Made by a program: the position numbers and the translations under genes. Positions 35,219 to 46,501 of a stretch of DNA of 64,000 nt are shown here, in pieces. The notes under the pieces are model-generated. The model did not search any database. It was not told the origin of the DNA and saw nothing but the letters and a program-made list of their open reading frames with translations. Where the stretch lies: positions 12,786-76,785 of IMG/VR virus record IMGVR_UViG_3300005095_000173; one strand, 5' to 3'. This DNA comes from a virus. Every line of letters starts with the position of its first letter. Position 1 is the first letter of the stretch.

Positions 35219-35950
35219 CTACAACCCGTATGGATTAGTACCGTAAGGTGAAGTACCATATCCAACAGCAGTATCTTTCATTGCAAAGTAATTTATTATA
35301 AATACGTCTGTATCTGTATAATCAACGTCCAATAAAACTGTGCTTCCAGAATAAGTTACATCATCACCAGGTAACAACATAATTCCATTTTTATAAACTC
35401 CAGCAAGTTTATAAATTTCCCGCTGTAGTTCTATATTATCAGAAGTCAATCCAGAATAAATTTCTTGCGTGAACTCTGGAGAATACACATAAGCATTATC
35501 ACCAGCAACAGTAACTACTACATCTCCAGAAAAATCAATGTTACGAATACCTGAGCCAATTACTTCCCCATTGAAAGAAATGGATTCAATTCCCCCTATT
35601 CCATTGTCTTCTATATAAGTAATTCTTGTATCTAAATTATCAATGTCTGTATTGATATTAGAAATATCTGAATGTATATCTAATATAGAATTCTCATTAG
35701 ATTTTATTCTGTAACGAATTCTATTAAGATTTGTAAGTAAACTGTTGCCAGATTCAAGTACAGTATTATCTTCTGCTTCGGTAGTATCAAAGGCTACTCT
35801 TGTTTGTGGTAATTGCCCTATAAATCCGCCTGGAGGGCCACCAATACCACCATCTTCACCCGATACTCCACCAAGAAATAATGGCCTCGCAAGTATTTCT
35901 CGTTTTACATTATCAATCAGTTGTGGTATTACGGATTCTAAATTTCTCAT
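35219..35950 (-). CDS. minor tail protein
   Basis: coiled coil; C-terminal YGTSPYGTNPYG. Confidence 0.65.
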   Translation of the reverse strand: MRNLESVIPQLIDNVKREILARPLFLGGVSGEDGGIGGPPGGFIGQLPQTRVAFDTTEAEDNTVLESGNSLLTNLNRIRYRIKSNENSILDIHSDISNINTDIDNLDTRITYIEDNGIGGIESISFNGEVIGSGIRNIDFSGDVVVTVAGDNAYVYSPEFTQEIYSGLTSDNIELQREIYKLAGVYKNGIMLLPGDDVTYSGSTVLLDVDYTDTDVFIINYFAMKDTAVGYGTSPYGTNPYGL

Positions 35951-38900
35951 AAGTCATCATCCACTGCTATATAGTATATTGTATCAAATTCAAAATCTAA
36001 AAGATTTTCTGTTACATCATCAAAACTTGTGAGACCAAGATAATTTTCATACACGACGTCTTTCCCGTTGCTTAGGAACATCTTTGGATAAGTTTCATTG
36101 TATTTCATGGTGTAATTAGTAACTTCTAATACCAGCCCAGAAATTGGTATTTCAACTGTTCCGCTGGCTATTGTATAGTATTCATTATTAATTATATCAT
36201 AAGTATCTGCTACCGTGAGAATTTCATTATTAGATGCAATAGCAAATGTCTTTCTCTGGAAAGTTTCTTCATCAGAATTTATTTCACTTTCTCTTGGAAA
36301 AGTTACTAGATTGAAATTGTTATTTACAACGGTCTCATTGTTCACTGAATTAGTACCATAATAAGTTGGACTTGGTTCTTCTGGATATAGATAGATTGCT
36401 GATTTCCCAGCGACTACGTGATAGGGTCCTGGAAGAGATAATAATTTAGTTACTTCTTTACTTTCTGAGTCAACATGATATAACTTCCAACCAGAATCAC
36501 CAAGACATTGAAATTTTGATGGGATAATTATTTGCATCCTCCAATTACCATAGTAATATCCATACTTAATCATTCCATCTATAAATTTATAAAAACTGCC
36601 CCTAATAACTGGAACTTGTATCCCAGTTCCAATCGCTGTAAGATAGTAATTTCCATTTTCGTCTGTGTCTAAATATAATATTTTGTCTGTATCAAATCCT
36701 TTAACATCTTTATAATCTTCTGAGTCTATTCCACCATGTTCAAAAATTACATTCCCAGATTTGTCGTATATTTTAGTGAAACCGTCTTTGCATATCACTT
36801 CTATATAGACCTTGCCGTCAGATGTATATACATTGAAAAGAGAAATATTTTCTGAACTGCATGTTGATTCAAGAGCATTTGTCAACCATACCATGTTATC
36901 TTCATGTAGTTGACCTGTGTTTAAATCTAGAGTAAATCCGCGGTCATCTGTAATTATCAAACTATTTATAACATGTAATTTATTATTATCTCTATCGAAT
37001 ACAGCATTATCCACATAATTCATGAGATATTCATTTACATATGAAAGTCTATATGAACCATCTCTATTGAAATAGTCAATTATGAAGTGATTATCTCCGT
37101 CACCTCCGACATCCATGTATCCAACCCAAGCAATAAAATGACCATTTTTTCCACCAATTCCACAGCCATCAGTTCCATAGGCATCATCATCTGCACGGGC
37201 AATCTCATTTTGATATTTTATTTCCATCCAATCAACATCTATCAGATAATATTCATAAACAATTTCATCAGTAATTGAAGTCTCTGAAATAATCCCTATC
37301 TCGTTTCCTTGCATAGTTGATTTTATTTGATAAGATACTTTTGATTGTATTTCAATACTATCAACAATTTCCAAATTCTCTGTGTTTACTTTATATAAAA
37401 TAGCAACGTCATTGTTTGTAATTATTGGGTATACATATTGTCCAGTTTTAGATAAATGAACATTTACAACCGTGTATCCACTATCAGTAGTTAGTGTTAC
37501 ACTTTCTACTGTTCCATCATTTCCTTTTCTATATAATACATTACCAAGAACATAATAATGATAACCACAATATGAAGCAACAACCATAGATGGGATGGAA
37601 ATAGTTATATAATCAACATCACGAGAATAAGTTGAAATAAAATTAGACCTTGGAGACCAACGGTTACCCGTAAGCATATAATCGCCATCTTGTGGGAGTT
37701 CACCAAATAACCACCCAAATATTGGGGAATAAACACTTTCTGAATCATCTCTTGCCACATAAGCAACATAATCTAAAGCATCTAAATCAAATACCTCACC
37801 GCCACTCGCAGTTATTACTGTATTGAGATTTCCCCAGACATCATATTCTACTATTTGATATTCTTCTTCATCCTCAAAATTATATGCTACATAAATATTT
37901 CCGTTAGAAATACCAGTAGAAATTGCTTTACCACTATAAGTAATTGGCGTCCAATAGTTATAAATTACTTGCGTATGATAAGCATTTCCACCAGAAGTTA
38001 CAGTAGTAAGTATTCCATTGCTAACTTTAACCTGTAGAGTATCTCTATCATCTTCTGGTAGCCCAGCATTATAATCATACCATTGATAAGGGTCTCCAGA
38101 ATTTGTAATCATTAATTTTCTATAAATTCCATTATTTGTTGCTACATAAACATAATCTGTACCCCAACCCCAGTATGCAAATAATCTTGGGCAAAATTCG
38201 TCAAATATCAGAGTTTCAATAGCACCTTTTTGAGATACTTCCTTAGTATAGGAAGTTAACATTGCAAATCCTTTATAGAATGGTAAATCTATAAAGGCTG
38301 TGTCTCCCAGTTTCATTCCACTTACCCCATCATAGGTAAGTGTCTTTGTGTCTAATATATGAGAAAATTCATCTAGGGCTTTAGTAGCAATGCTGTATGC
38401 TGTTCCAACAGTTGGAATATTTGAGTTTGCTATTACAACAGTTCTTTTATCTCTACCATCAATATCCCAATTTGTAGGCTTACTAACATCAGCATATACC
38501 CACAATTGTCTTTCTGGGATTGTACTCCCCCACACAACAACTCTATTTCTAAGAATAGAATCATCCTTATTTCTTGTGAAACTAAGTGCTCTGTTTATAT
38601 GTTTGTAATTTGTTCTACTGGCTTCGAGAGAACCTATAACAATATTTCCTACTTCGTCTGTTCTCATATACCAGCCAGCAAGTTGTAGCAAGGAAACTAA
38701 TTGCTCCTTTAGCGTTGTCATCCCTAAAGAAGTATTATTAGATAAATACCCACCACTATCTGGAGTAGTAAATACTACTGTACCCCCCGCTTCAGTAATA
38801 AATTTCTCAATCCAATACCTGGGAGTAGATGGATAATCTACGATATAGTTATCAGCAATGAAGTAATCTCTAATTCGCTTCATATCAGAAGCGGTTACAT

Positions 38901-39138
38901 TTAGTGTATCATTTGGTACTGAACGAGAGATACTATCTATATAAAATGTTTTTACTAAATTTCCATACTCATATATCTTGATTGTATCAAAGATATTAAA
39001 ACTACTATACTCAACTACTTCTAAATTTATCGTTTCCTCGCCATCACAGATAGAAGCAGTCCTCGAAAATGATATTACATGCTTTGTAATATCAATATCA
39101 TTATGTAGAATTTTATAAGCCTCTCCTATTATTAACAT
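35947..39138 (-). CDS. baseplate hub-like tail protein with long beta-rich C-terminus
   Basis: N-terminal ~320 aa similar to the upstream hub gene (LRNRVVVWG); acidic beta-rich remainder. Confidence 0.7.
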   Translation of the reverse strand: MLIIGEAYKILHNDIDITKHVISFSRTASICDGEETINLEVVEYSSFNIFDTIKIYEYGNLVKTFYIDSISRSVPNDTLNVTASDMKRIRDYFIADNYIVDYPSTPRYWIEKFITEAGGTVVFTTPDSGGYLSNNTSLGMTTLKEQLVSLLQLAGWYMRTDEVGNIVIGSLEASRTNYKHINRALSFTRNKDDSILRNRVVVWGSTIPERQLWVYADVSKPTNWDIDGRDKRTVVIANSNIPTVGTAYSIATKALDEFSHILDTKTLTYDGVSGMKLGDTAFIDLPFYKGFAMLTSYTKEVSQKGAIETLIFDEFCPRLFAYWGWGTDYVYVATNNGIYRKLMITNSGDPYQWYDYNAGLPEDDRDTLQVKVSNGILTTVTSGGNAYHTQVIYNYWTPITYSGKAISTGISNGNIYVAYNFEDEEEYQIVEYDVWGNLNTVITASGGEVFDLDALDYVAYVARDDSESVYSPIFGWLFGELPQDGDYMLTGNRWSPRSNFISTYSRDVDYITISIPSMVVASYCGYHYYVLGNVLYRKGNDGTVESVTLTTDSGYTVVNVHLSKTGQYVYPIITNNDVAILYKVNTENLEIVDSIEIQSKVSYQIKSTMQGNEIGIISETSITDEIVYEYYLIDVDWMEIKYQNEIARADDDAYGTDGCGIGGKNGHFIAWVGYMDVGGDGDNHFIIDYFNRDGSYRLSYVNEYLMNYVDNAVFDRDNNKLHVINSLIITDDRGFTLDLNTGQLHEDNMVWLTNALESTCSSENISLFNVYTSDGKVYIEVICKDGFTKIYDKSGNVIFEHGGIDSEDYKDVKGFDTDKILYLDTDENGNYYLTAIGTGIQVPVIRGSFYKFIDGMIKYGYYYGNWRMQIIIPSKFQCLGDSGWKLYHVDSESKEVTKLLSLPGPYHVVAGKSAIYLYPEEPSPTYYGTNSVNNETVVNNNFNLVTFPRESEINSDEETFQRKTFAIASNNEILTVADTYDIINNEYYTIASGTVEIPISGLVLEVTNYTMKYNETYPKMFLSNGKDVVYENYLGLTSFDDVTENLLDFEFDTIYYIAVDDDL

Positions 39139-39140
39139 GT

Positions 39141-40103
39141 TTATCTCCTCAAGGTTACGTCTTGGATAAACCCTGTATTACCAAATCGTGTTTCCATTGC
39201 ATACACCAGCCATTTTGAATTTAGTTCATCTGGTAGATTTGGATTATTTAGTTCAATTACATCCAATGGATACAACTCTGGTATTCCCTCAATTGTTATC
39301 ATTAGTTCTTCTGTAAGTTTGTTTAGTTTATCAAGGTTATAGTCAGCAGACTTTTGTGCAAAAGTTTGATCATCAATATATGGACTTGATAGAACAACAG
39401 ACTTATAAAACCCAGTAGGAAGATATGGTGAATCTGCCTTCGCCTCAGCATACACACCATTTCCATAAACTACAATTCTATTACGCAAGTCCCTATCTGA
39501 AATAGTATAAGGACTAACAGCCAATACAGTATTTCCTATTGTTAACTTTGCTACATCATCATCTACGATATAAGGTTTTCTATCTACAAACCAAACTTTT
39601 CCGTCTTTATCAGCATAGATATGCCAAGCAAGCAAATCAGCAATCCCGTGGACAAAATCATACGCCCCTGTGAGATTTACTTCTCCCTCACCATTTACAC
39701 CAAAAGTAAAATAAGTAGTCTCATACCCATAGTTAGTAATCCCAGCCATAGAAAGAACATCACCAACTAAGGCTTCTGCTGAAATGTTTTTTATCTTGTA
39801 TGCTGTATCTGGAGTAGACGAAGCAATAAAATAATCCACCGCTCTTATTAGTTCATCATACAAGGTAATTGTATAAGTTCTACTTGGAATATTGAATGAA
39901 ATTTGTTTTACGTATCCTGTAAATACTCTCTCAAGATTTCCATCATACCCAGCACGAACTTCTATTTTATTCCCAATTGAAAGATTGTGGTCAATACATT
40001 CAAAGGAGAGTGTATATGCACCCCCATCATACCCTCCTGAGAATGTATAAGAAATTATTGAATCAACGTAATCAGCTTCTAATTCCAAATGTTTTACAGT
40101 CAT
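39141..40103 (-). CDS. baseplate hub / tail tip protein
   Basis: VFTGYV, WHIYADKDGKVWF, LRNRIVVYG; position after the distal tail gene. Confidence 0.7.
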   Translation of the reverse strand: MTVKHLELEADYVDSIISYTFSGGYDGGAYTLSFECIDHNLSIGNKIEVRAGYDGNLERVFTGYVKQISFNIPSRTYTITLYDELIRAVDYFIASSTPDTAYKIKNISAEALVGDVLSMAGITNYGYETTYFTFGVNGEGEVNLTGAYDFVHGIADLLAWHIYADKDGKVWFVDRKPYIVDDDVAKLTIGNTVLAVSPYTISDRDLRNRIVVYGNGVYAEAKADSPYLPTGFYKSVVLSSPYIDDQTFAQKSADYNLDKLNKLTEELMITIEGIPELYPLDVIELNNPNLPDELNSKWLVYAMETRFGNTGFIQDVTLRR

Positions 40104-40459
40104 TGCTCTATAGCCTCAAATGAAAATTTGAATACTGGGTCAGTACAATCATGTGTTGGATCAAAAGTTTGGGCAATTGTATTCTCCCAATCGTATTCAA
40201 AATTCTGAACTAACACATTTCTAACAAATCCTTGATTTCCAGATAGCAAAACTGGAAGCCCAGAATTTACTACATTAACTAATGCTTCTTCAGTGTCCAA
40301 GCCAACAAATCTTCCAGTTATGGAATATTTTCTAGACTTGGCTCCAAACACATGCACAGTAGATTCTGTGTTACCAATTGGATTTAGTTCAGCAGATATT
40401 AGTTCTTTCTTTGGTTTTACACCGTCAACAAAAATTCTTATTCCATTTAGTGTCCACAT
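40100..40459 (-). CDS. distal tail-like protein
   Basis: position immediately after the tape measure. Confidence 0.55.
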   Translation of the reverse strand: MWTLNGIRIFVDGVKPKKELISAELNPIGNTESTVHVFGAKSRKYSITGRFVGLDTEEALVNVVNSGLPVLLSGNQGFVRNVLVQNFEYDWENTIAQTFDPTHDCTDPVFKFSFEAIEQ

Positions 40460-40460
40460 A

Positions 40461-43400
40461 CTATATCACCTCTACTGATTTATTAATGCTTCCGCCTCTT
40501 GAACTAATTAGCAACTCATTACCTAAGTATTTAGATACAACTTGTGCTAATACAGCACCATCTAACATTATTGTTTGTTTTGAAGTCAATTCTAGATTAA
40601 AGTTAACTTCAGCAGTTTTGTCTAGATCATATAGTTTTTCAAACATTTTCTGGCTAGATTTTGGTTCTAGTTCATTAAGGTTTCCACCATAATTATTTGG
40701 AAGAATATTTGTTAGTGATAATAATACACCATTTCCAAGTAATCCTAATATTCTTTCAATTAGTGAATTTGTTGTTTCATATTCACCTGTTACATCTTTC
40801 TTTGACTCATAAGGTTCAATAGGCAATTTAGATGTGTCAACTGCTTCTTTCTTAGGAACTAAAATGAAATCTGAAGGCATTCTATCCCATTCAGGTATTC
40901 CAGATAATTCAGATAAAGCATTTTCTATCTCAGCATTATCTTTCTGAACCTCTTTTACTACAGTTTCAGTATCAGTGCTTGTAGCAGAAACGTTTGGAAG
41001 TCCACCACCTCCACCTTGTGCATTGAACTGCATTGCCCAAGCCTGATATGGAACATAGAAACTTGAACCTTGTGGTAGATTATAAATACCATCAAGCTGT
41101 TTCTGTTCTATCTCCAACATCTTATTTAATGCCATTTGAATAGCAAGATTATCAGCATGCAATACATCCGTAACATAATCTTGATAGATTATACCAACAT
41201 CCTGTGGGTTTAATTTATATTCTGGAAAGTTTGTTTTCAAATAATTCTCAAAATAAGTTACTAGTGATTGAAACTCTCCAGCTCTTGCAGAAGTAAAATC
41301 AACGCTCTGAATATTGAACTGGCTTGTTGAGGAAGTTTTTATCTTCCCCATATCTTCCATTTCTTGAATTGAAGAATCCCAAGCCCAGCGTTCAATTCCT
41401 TTTAGTCTTAATAGGCCATCATTGAACTCAGCAAACATGTCTTGAAGATTATTTACATAGGCAATCCACTCATCCATTGTAAGAGCGCCAACTTCTTCTA
41501 GCTTCTTACCTTTCTCCTCCATTTTCTTCTTTGCTAGTTCGTATGCTTCCATAGCCTGTTCTTCTGTAAGATCGGTAGCTTTGATTATTTGAGGAGATTT
41601 AAAGTTTCTTACATGAATATTTTCTAGTGTTCTATTTGTATAGTCAATTACTTGTTGTTTCAGGTCTTTCTCCTGCATTTTTAGTTCCACAGGTATAGAA
41701 AGTCCTTGTTTATTCATTTCCAGAATTTTATTTTCTACTTCTTCGAGCTCTCCAATTAGAGTTGTAAGACCTTCCTTCTCGTCTTCAGTTCCTTTGATAT
41801 ATACTTCAGACAATTTCTTCAAACCTTCCATTGAGGTCTTTGTATCAAATCCAACTTGCTTTAGTTGATCACCTAAAACTGTGTAGTAGAAAGGAAGGCT
41901 TTCAGATAGATTTGAAATACTTTCTAATTCTTTCTTATACTGAGCAGCACTAATAGTTCCAGCGTTGAAGGCTTGCTTAGTCTCTTTTTCTAATTCAGCA
42001 GTAAGAGAACTAAACTCTTTACTATTAGCATCTTTAGTTATACGAGCTTTTACTTCAAGTTCAGTTTGTGGGTTCTCTATTCGTATTTTATCTGACTTGA
42101 ATTCAGAAGATTCAACTCTTGCGGCCTCCAATACCTCTAAAGCAAGTCTTTGTTTTTCCTCGCCAAAAGCACCTTGAGCAGCAAGATCTAATAGACCATA
42201 TCTGTAACTTCCACCAGCATTCCATTTTCTTACTAAGTCTTCATCTCCGAATAATTTACCAAAAGTATTTACGCTGAGTTGAAGTGTCTTACCTAACAAT
42301 CTAGTTCCAAAACTGTCGAAAAATTTTTCTTCGGCAGATTTAGCAGAATCTTTGGAAGTTTCTTCTTCTTGTTTATTTTTATCAGATAAGTAATTCTGAT
42401 ATTCAGCTATTGATTCAGCAATACTCTTACCTTGTTCATTTACAGTCTTTACAAAAGCATTACCAATAGCAGAGCCAGCACTCATTAGAATTGGGGCGGC
42501 TTCTGGAGACCCAAAAGCAAATGCTAACAGTGCTCCAGCTCCCATTCCAACCGTACTACCAATTGCTTGTTCTTTTTGATACTCATCCCCTGTAGCATAC
42601 TGATAAGCATTACCAGCTAATAATGCTGCTCCAGTTACCCCAGTCATTACCATGTTTGGAGTAATCTTATATTTTGGCTGTTCAACCCAACCTTCAGACG
42701 TATATACCTTACCAGAAGTTCCAAATCTTTTTCCAAGATAAGAATTCAAAGGAGCAACAAATCCACCAAGTCTACCGCTTCTATTTAAATACCCTAGCAT
42801 GGGAAGCAAGGTCATCATTGCTACCCCAGCTTTACCTGTATAACTTACAAATGAATCCATAAGTTTTACAATTTCTGTTAGGGCGTCCGTCATCAATGTA
42901 AATAGACTTAATACCCCACCATCATCCCCCATTGTTTCAGCCAAAACTTGAAACGCATTACTTAATTCTACAATTGAAGACTTGGCCGTTTGAAGTTTTG
43001 TATCTAATGCTTTTTGAGATTCTCCAAAAGCGGCTGAAGAAACTTCTGCTGTTTGTAATGCTTTTCCATATTGAGTAACCATTGTAATAAATGGAGCAGA
43101 TCTTCTTGAACCACCAGCTAAAGTTCTTGATAGTTCCTTTAATTTATCATCACTTATCAACCCAGCAGAGTATTTTGAAGCAATCTCATCAAGAATATCA
43201 GAGAAGTCTCTAAACTCACCTGTTGTAAGATTTCTTACTGAAATGCCAAGTTCATTTAGTTGTCTTTGTGCTTCATCAGTTTGTATATTTGAAATGAAAG
43301 TTCTTAGAATGTTACCAACTTCTTTACCAGAATATGTGGTTGATTCAACTAGAGTTGCTATAATACCATTTAGTTTATCAATATCAAAACCTGAATTTAT

Positions 43401-46214
43401 AGCCGCTGAACCTACGACAGAGTATGCTTCAGCAAGATCATTTATTCCTACCTGTGAGTTCTTACTGACAGCAATCCATTTATCTAGAATCTCTGTTGAT
43501 TTATCTAGTGGAATATTAGCTTGTCTTAGAGCACCTACAAGAATATCTATTGCTTCTGCCTGATCAATCGCCGCTAACTTAGATAAAGTAAGAGAAGATT
43601 TTAGTAAATCAAGTGCTACTGAAGTTCTCTTTGCTTGATCGCCCAGTCCAGCAGTAGAGCGATATGCCGCTGAGAATCCTTCCAAGGCTTCATTTAATGG
43701 TGTAGCAGTAGAGCTTGCAACCTCGGCTACATCTCTAAATACTCCCCCCATATCTTTCATTTCCATATTTAGACCAATAGCAATATCAGCAAGCTTCGAC
43801 TGATTATCAATAGAAGTTTCAAGTAATTCATTTAGTTTTTGAAGTGGTGCGTAAGTTAGCTGAATTGCTACTGCCCATTTAGCGGCCTCCATTGTATTAC
43901 GCATTACTCCATCTAAGAAGCCTTGGTATTTTCTTTGTACATCTCTAAGAACATTACCATATTTATCAATAGCAACTGTGAGCGTCTTTAACTCCCCAGC
44001 TTCCCCACGCATTGCAAAAGTAAGTCTTGTTATTCCAGTAGAAGCCTCAATGTGTACTTTCTTTAGATGCTCAAGTCTATATCCATACTCTTCTGCTTTT
44101 TTAATCGCTGGGTCGTAGGCTTCTGCAATAAACTTCATGTCTTGCTCAGAAAAACCTTTTCCACCCAAATCCTGTTTACTATAACCAACTCTTCCAGCCT
44201 CATCAGTAAACAGAGACATTTCTTTTATATTTCCGTTATAATCTTTTATAGCAAATACTAATTCTGTAATACCAGTCTTTTCATCTTTTATTACTTTAGT
44301 AAGATTTGATAAACCAGCTCCAAATTGTTCAGCTGCATCAAATGCTTGCTTATAAGTATAAGCTAATTGCATTGTTTCTTCTGCACTTAATTGAGAAGCC
44401 AGTCTATAATCATCAACTATTCTTCCTTGAGCATCACCATATAGTTTTCTAGTTACATTTCTTCCAGCTTCTTCATCATAAGCACTAAACTGAATCTCAG
44501 TAATATTACCACGTTTATTTATCTTAGTAATATTTTCTAGAGTTGCACCATACTTCTCAAGCTCAGAGTTTAAATCTCTGTATTTATTTGCTAGAGCCTC
44601 AAGAGAAGAAGTTGGTATTTGGTTTTTCATCCCTCTAAGAGTAGTACTTACTCTGTCTAGATTATCAGCGTATAGAGTAAGTTTACCAAGGTCTTGATTA
44701 TTTAATGTTACTTTTACAACATTACCACCCTCGAGCTTTTCTATCTTCTTTATATCTTCAAGACTGTATCCATAATCAAAAACCTTTTGTCTTAGTTTTT
44801 GATACTCAGCCGCAAGGGCACCAATTTCATCTCTAGAAACTCTTGATACATTATTTAGGTTCTCTTGAACTTTACCTAGTTTATCAATATATACAGTAAG
44901 TTTCTGTACTTCTCCATTTACTTCTTTATACCCAGAAACTTTGAATATCCCATCATTTAATTTTCGTATACTTAGAGTATTTGTGTTTCCAAAAGTATTG
45001 AATAGTTGAGAATCAATATTTGGATAAGCAGATTTCATTTCATTATAATAAGCACGTGACTGCTCATCCATTTTATTTTTACTTCTATCTACTACTCTAC
45101 CATTTTCGTCTAGACTTAGATTTAGTTTTTCTATTACACCATTAGCATCCTTAGCCACAAATGAAAATTCAGTTACACCCTTTGCTGCATCTTTATATGC
45201 TTTACGTAAATTCTCTACTGTAAGGTTATGTTGTTCTACAAATTTATTTAATTCTGGGTATGTCTTAAGTAAATTATTGAATTGTTCTGGAGAGAATTGT
45301 TTCTCAAATTGTGCCTGTGTAAAACCATATCGTCCGCTTTGATCTACAAATACATCTTTTCTAAATCCAGACTTTTCATCACCAAGACGAACTTTGAGAA
45401 CATCTTCTCCAAGATCTGGTCTTTTAGAATAAGATAGAATATTCTCTTCAGTTAGACTTAGAGATTCTAATACTTTTTGTAGGCTTTTGTATTTCTCAAT
45501 TAGATCGTCAATTTCTGACTTTGATAGTTTGGAAGCATAAGCTAAGTTATTATGTGCATTTCCAAGTTTGTCAATATAGAATGCAACCTTCTTAGCTTCT
45601 TGGCCTTCTTCGCCAATTTGCTCAGCTACAACCCTATAAATTCCATTACCAACATGTTTTGGCTCTTCAAGAATTTGTGATATATTATATTTTTCTTTTA
45701 ACTTATTCATTATACCAGGAATTTTTCTTTCCAATTCCTGGGCATAAACATCAAAATCATCAATTCCTTGATTTGGGTTTGTTATCTCAATTATTTCCTG
45801 TGGCCTACCTTTAGCACCGATATTCCTCAAACCCTTTTCAAGATCATCTAATTCTTTTTTACTTTTAGTAGCTGCGTCAATAAGAGACTGTAATACATCA
45901 CCTGTTACTTTTGTTTTTGAAAGTCGTTCTGTATCTGTAAGAACTTCTTTTAAAGCAGTAGATACAGTAGTCAAATCAGCTACTGTTTCTTTAGAAATAT
46001 TTAATATTGGTTGGTCGCCGCTGGATAATTTTTGGATAGTAGCAACATAATGATCTAACATTGAAATAAAATTCTTCAGTCCTTTTTCAGACGAAGTAAA
46101 ACTCTTTGCCATATTTGCTAGGCTATTAGTTAGATCATATATTGCTGGATTTACTTTCTCAACGGCGGCAGCTATTTCATTTAGAATAGAAACAAATTGT
46201 TCTAATTCATTCAT
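40461..46214 (-). CDS. tape measure protein
   Basis: 1917 aa after the chaperone pair; TP901-like core (SGKEVGNILRT, LNELGISV, FRDFSDILDEI); central hydrophobic segments. Confidence 0.9.
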   Translation of the reverse strand: MNELEQFVSILNEIAAAVEKVNPAIYDLTNSLANMAKSFTSSEKGLKNFISMLDHYVATIQKLSSGDQPILNISKETVADLTTVSTALKEVLTDTERLSKTKVTGDVLQSLIDAATKSKKELDDLEKGLRNIGAKGRPQEIIEITNPNQGIDDFDVYAQELERKIPGIMNKLKEKYNISQILEEPKHVGNGIYRVVAEQIGEEGQEAKKVAFYIDKLGNAHNNLAYASKLSKSEIDDLIEKYKSLQKVLESLSLTEENILSYSKRPDLGEDVLKVRLGDEKSGFRKDVFVDQSGRYGFTQAQFEKQFSPEQFNNLLKTYPELNKFVEQHNLTVENLRKAYKDAAKGVTEFSFVAKDANGVIEKLNLSLDENGRVVDRSKNKMDEQSRAYYNEMKSAYPNIDSQLFNTFGNTNTLSIRKLNDGIFKVSGYKEVNGEVQKLTVYIDKLGKVQENLNNVSRVSRDEIGALAAEYQKLRQKVFDYGYSLEDIKKIEKLEGGNVVKVTLNNQDLGKLTLYADNLDRVSTTLRGMKNQIPTSSLEALANKYRDLNSELEKYGATLENITKINKRGNITEIQFSAYDEEAGRNVTRKLYGDAQGRIVDDYRLASQLSAEETMQLAYTYKQAFDAAEQFGAGLSNLTKVIKDEKTGITELVFAIKDYNGNIKEMSLFTDEAGRVGYSKQDLGGKGFSEQDMKFIAEAYDPAIKKAEEYGYRLEHLKKVHIEASTGITRLTFAMRGEAGELKTLTVAIDKYGNVLRDVQRKYQGFLDGVMRNTMEAAKWAVAIQLTYAPLQKLNELLETSIDNQSKLADIAIGLNMEMKDMGGVFRDVAEVASSTATPLNEALEGFSAAYRSTAGLGDQAKRTSVALDLLKSSLTLSKLAAIDQAEAIDILVGALRQANIPLDKSTEILDKWIAVSKNSQVGINDLAEAYSVVGSAAINSGFDIDKLNGIIATLVESTTYSGKEVGNILRTFISNIQTDEAQRQLNELGISVRNLTTGEFRDFSDILDEIASKYSAGLISDDKLKELSRTLAGGSRRSAPFITMVTQYGKALQTAEVSSAAFGESQKALDTKLQTAKSSIVELSNAFQVLAETMGDDGGVLSLFTLMTDALTEIVKLMDSFVSYTGKAGVAMMTLLPMLGYLNRSGRLGGFVAPLNSYLGKRFGTSGKVYTSEGWVEQPKYKITPNMVMTGVTGAALLAGNAYQYATGDEYQKEQAIGSTVGMGAGALLAFAFGSPEAAPILMSAGSAIGNAFVKTVNEQGKSIAESIAEYQNYLSDKNKQEEETSKDSAKSAEEKFFDSFGTRLLGKTLQLSVNTFGKLFGDEDLVRKWNAGGSYRYGLLDLAAQGAFGEEKQRLALEVLEAARVESSEFKSDKIRIENPQTELEVKARITKDANSKEFSSLTAELEKETKQAFNAGTISAAQYKKELESISNLSESLPFYYTVLGDQLKQVGFDTKTSMEGLKKLSEVYIKGTEDEKEGLTTLIGELEEVENKILEMNKQGLSIPVELKMQEKDLKQQVIDYTNRTLENIHVRNFKSPQIIKATDLTEEQAMEAYELAKKKMEEKGKKLEEVGALTMDEWIAYVNNLQDMFAEFNDGLLRLKGIERWAWDSSIQEMEDMGKIKTSSTSQFNIQSVDFTSARAGEFQSLVTYFENYLKTNFPEYKLNPQDVGIIYQDYVTDVLHADNLAIQMALNKMLEIEQKQLDGIYNLPQGSSFYVPYQAWAMQFNAQGGGGGLPNVSATSTDTETVVKEVQKDNAEIENALSELSGIPEWDRMPSDFILVPKKEAVDTSKLPIEPYESKKDVTGEYETTNSLIERILGLLGNGVLLSLTNILPNNYGGNLNELEPKSSQKMFEKLYDLDKTAEVNFNLELTSKQTIMLDGAVLAQVVSKYLGNELLISSRGGSINKSVEVI

Positions 46215-46217
46215 AGT

Positions 46218-46496
46218 TTACTCCACTAAATCTAAGTCTATAACAATTCCGTCATTTATGCTTTTATTTGCTTTCTTCTTTGTATTTTCAAATACAGTAT
46301 CAAACCATTCATCTATTTCTTTTGAAGTTCCATCCCAGATTAGTTTCTCTGGTGGTCGTTTTTCTTTTGGAAGTTCATTATATGAATCTACCTGCATTCT
46401 TTTTCTTAGAACATAAGATATTGTATATGGCATATAATTCATATCTTTTAGTTTTACATCTAAAGGATAGCGCAACGCTTTAGACACTGCCCACAT
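46218..46496 (-). CDS. tail assembly chaperone, frameshifted C-terminal part
   Basis: continuous in the -1 frame from the slippery site in the upstream gene. Confidence 0.7.
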   Translation of the reverse strand: MWAVSKALRYPLDVKLKDMNYMPYTISYVLRKRMQVDSYNELPKEKRPPEKLIWDGTSKEIDEWFDTVFENTKKKANKSINDGIVIDLDLVE

Positions 46497-46501
46497 AGAC
46501 G

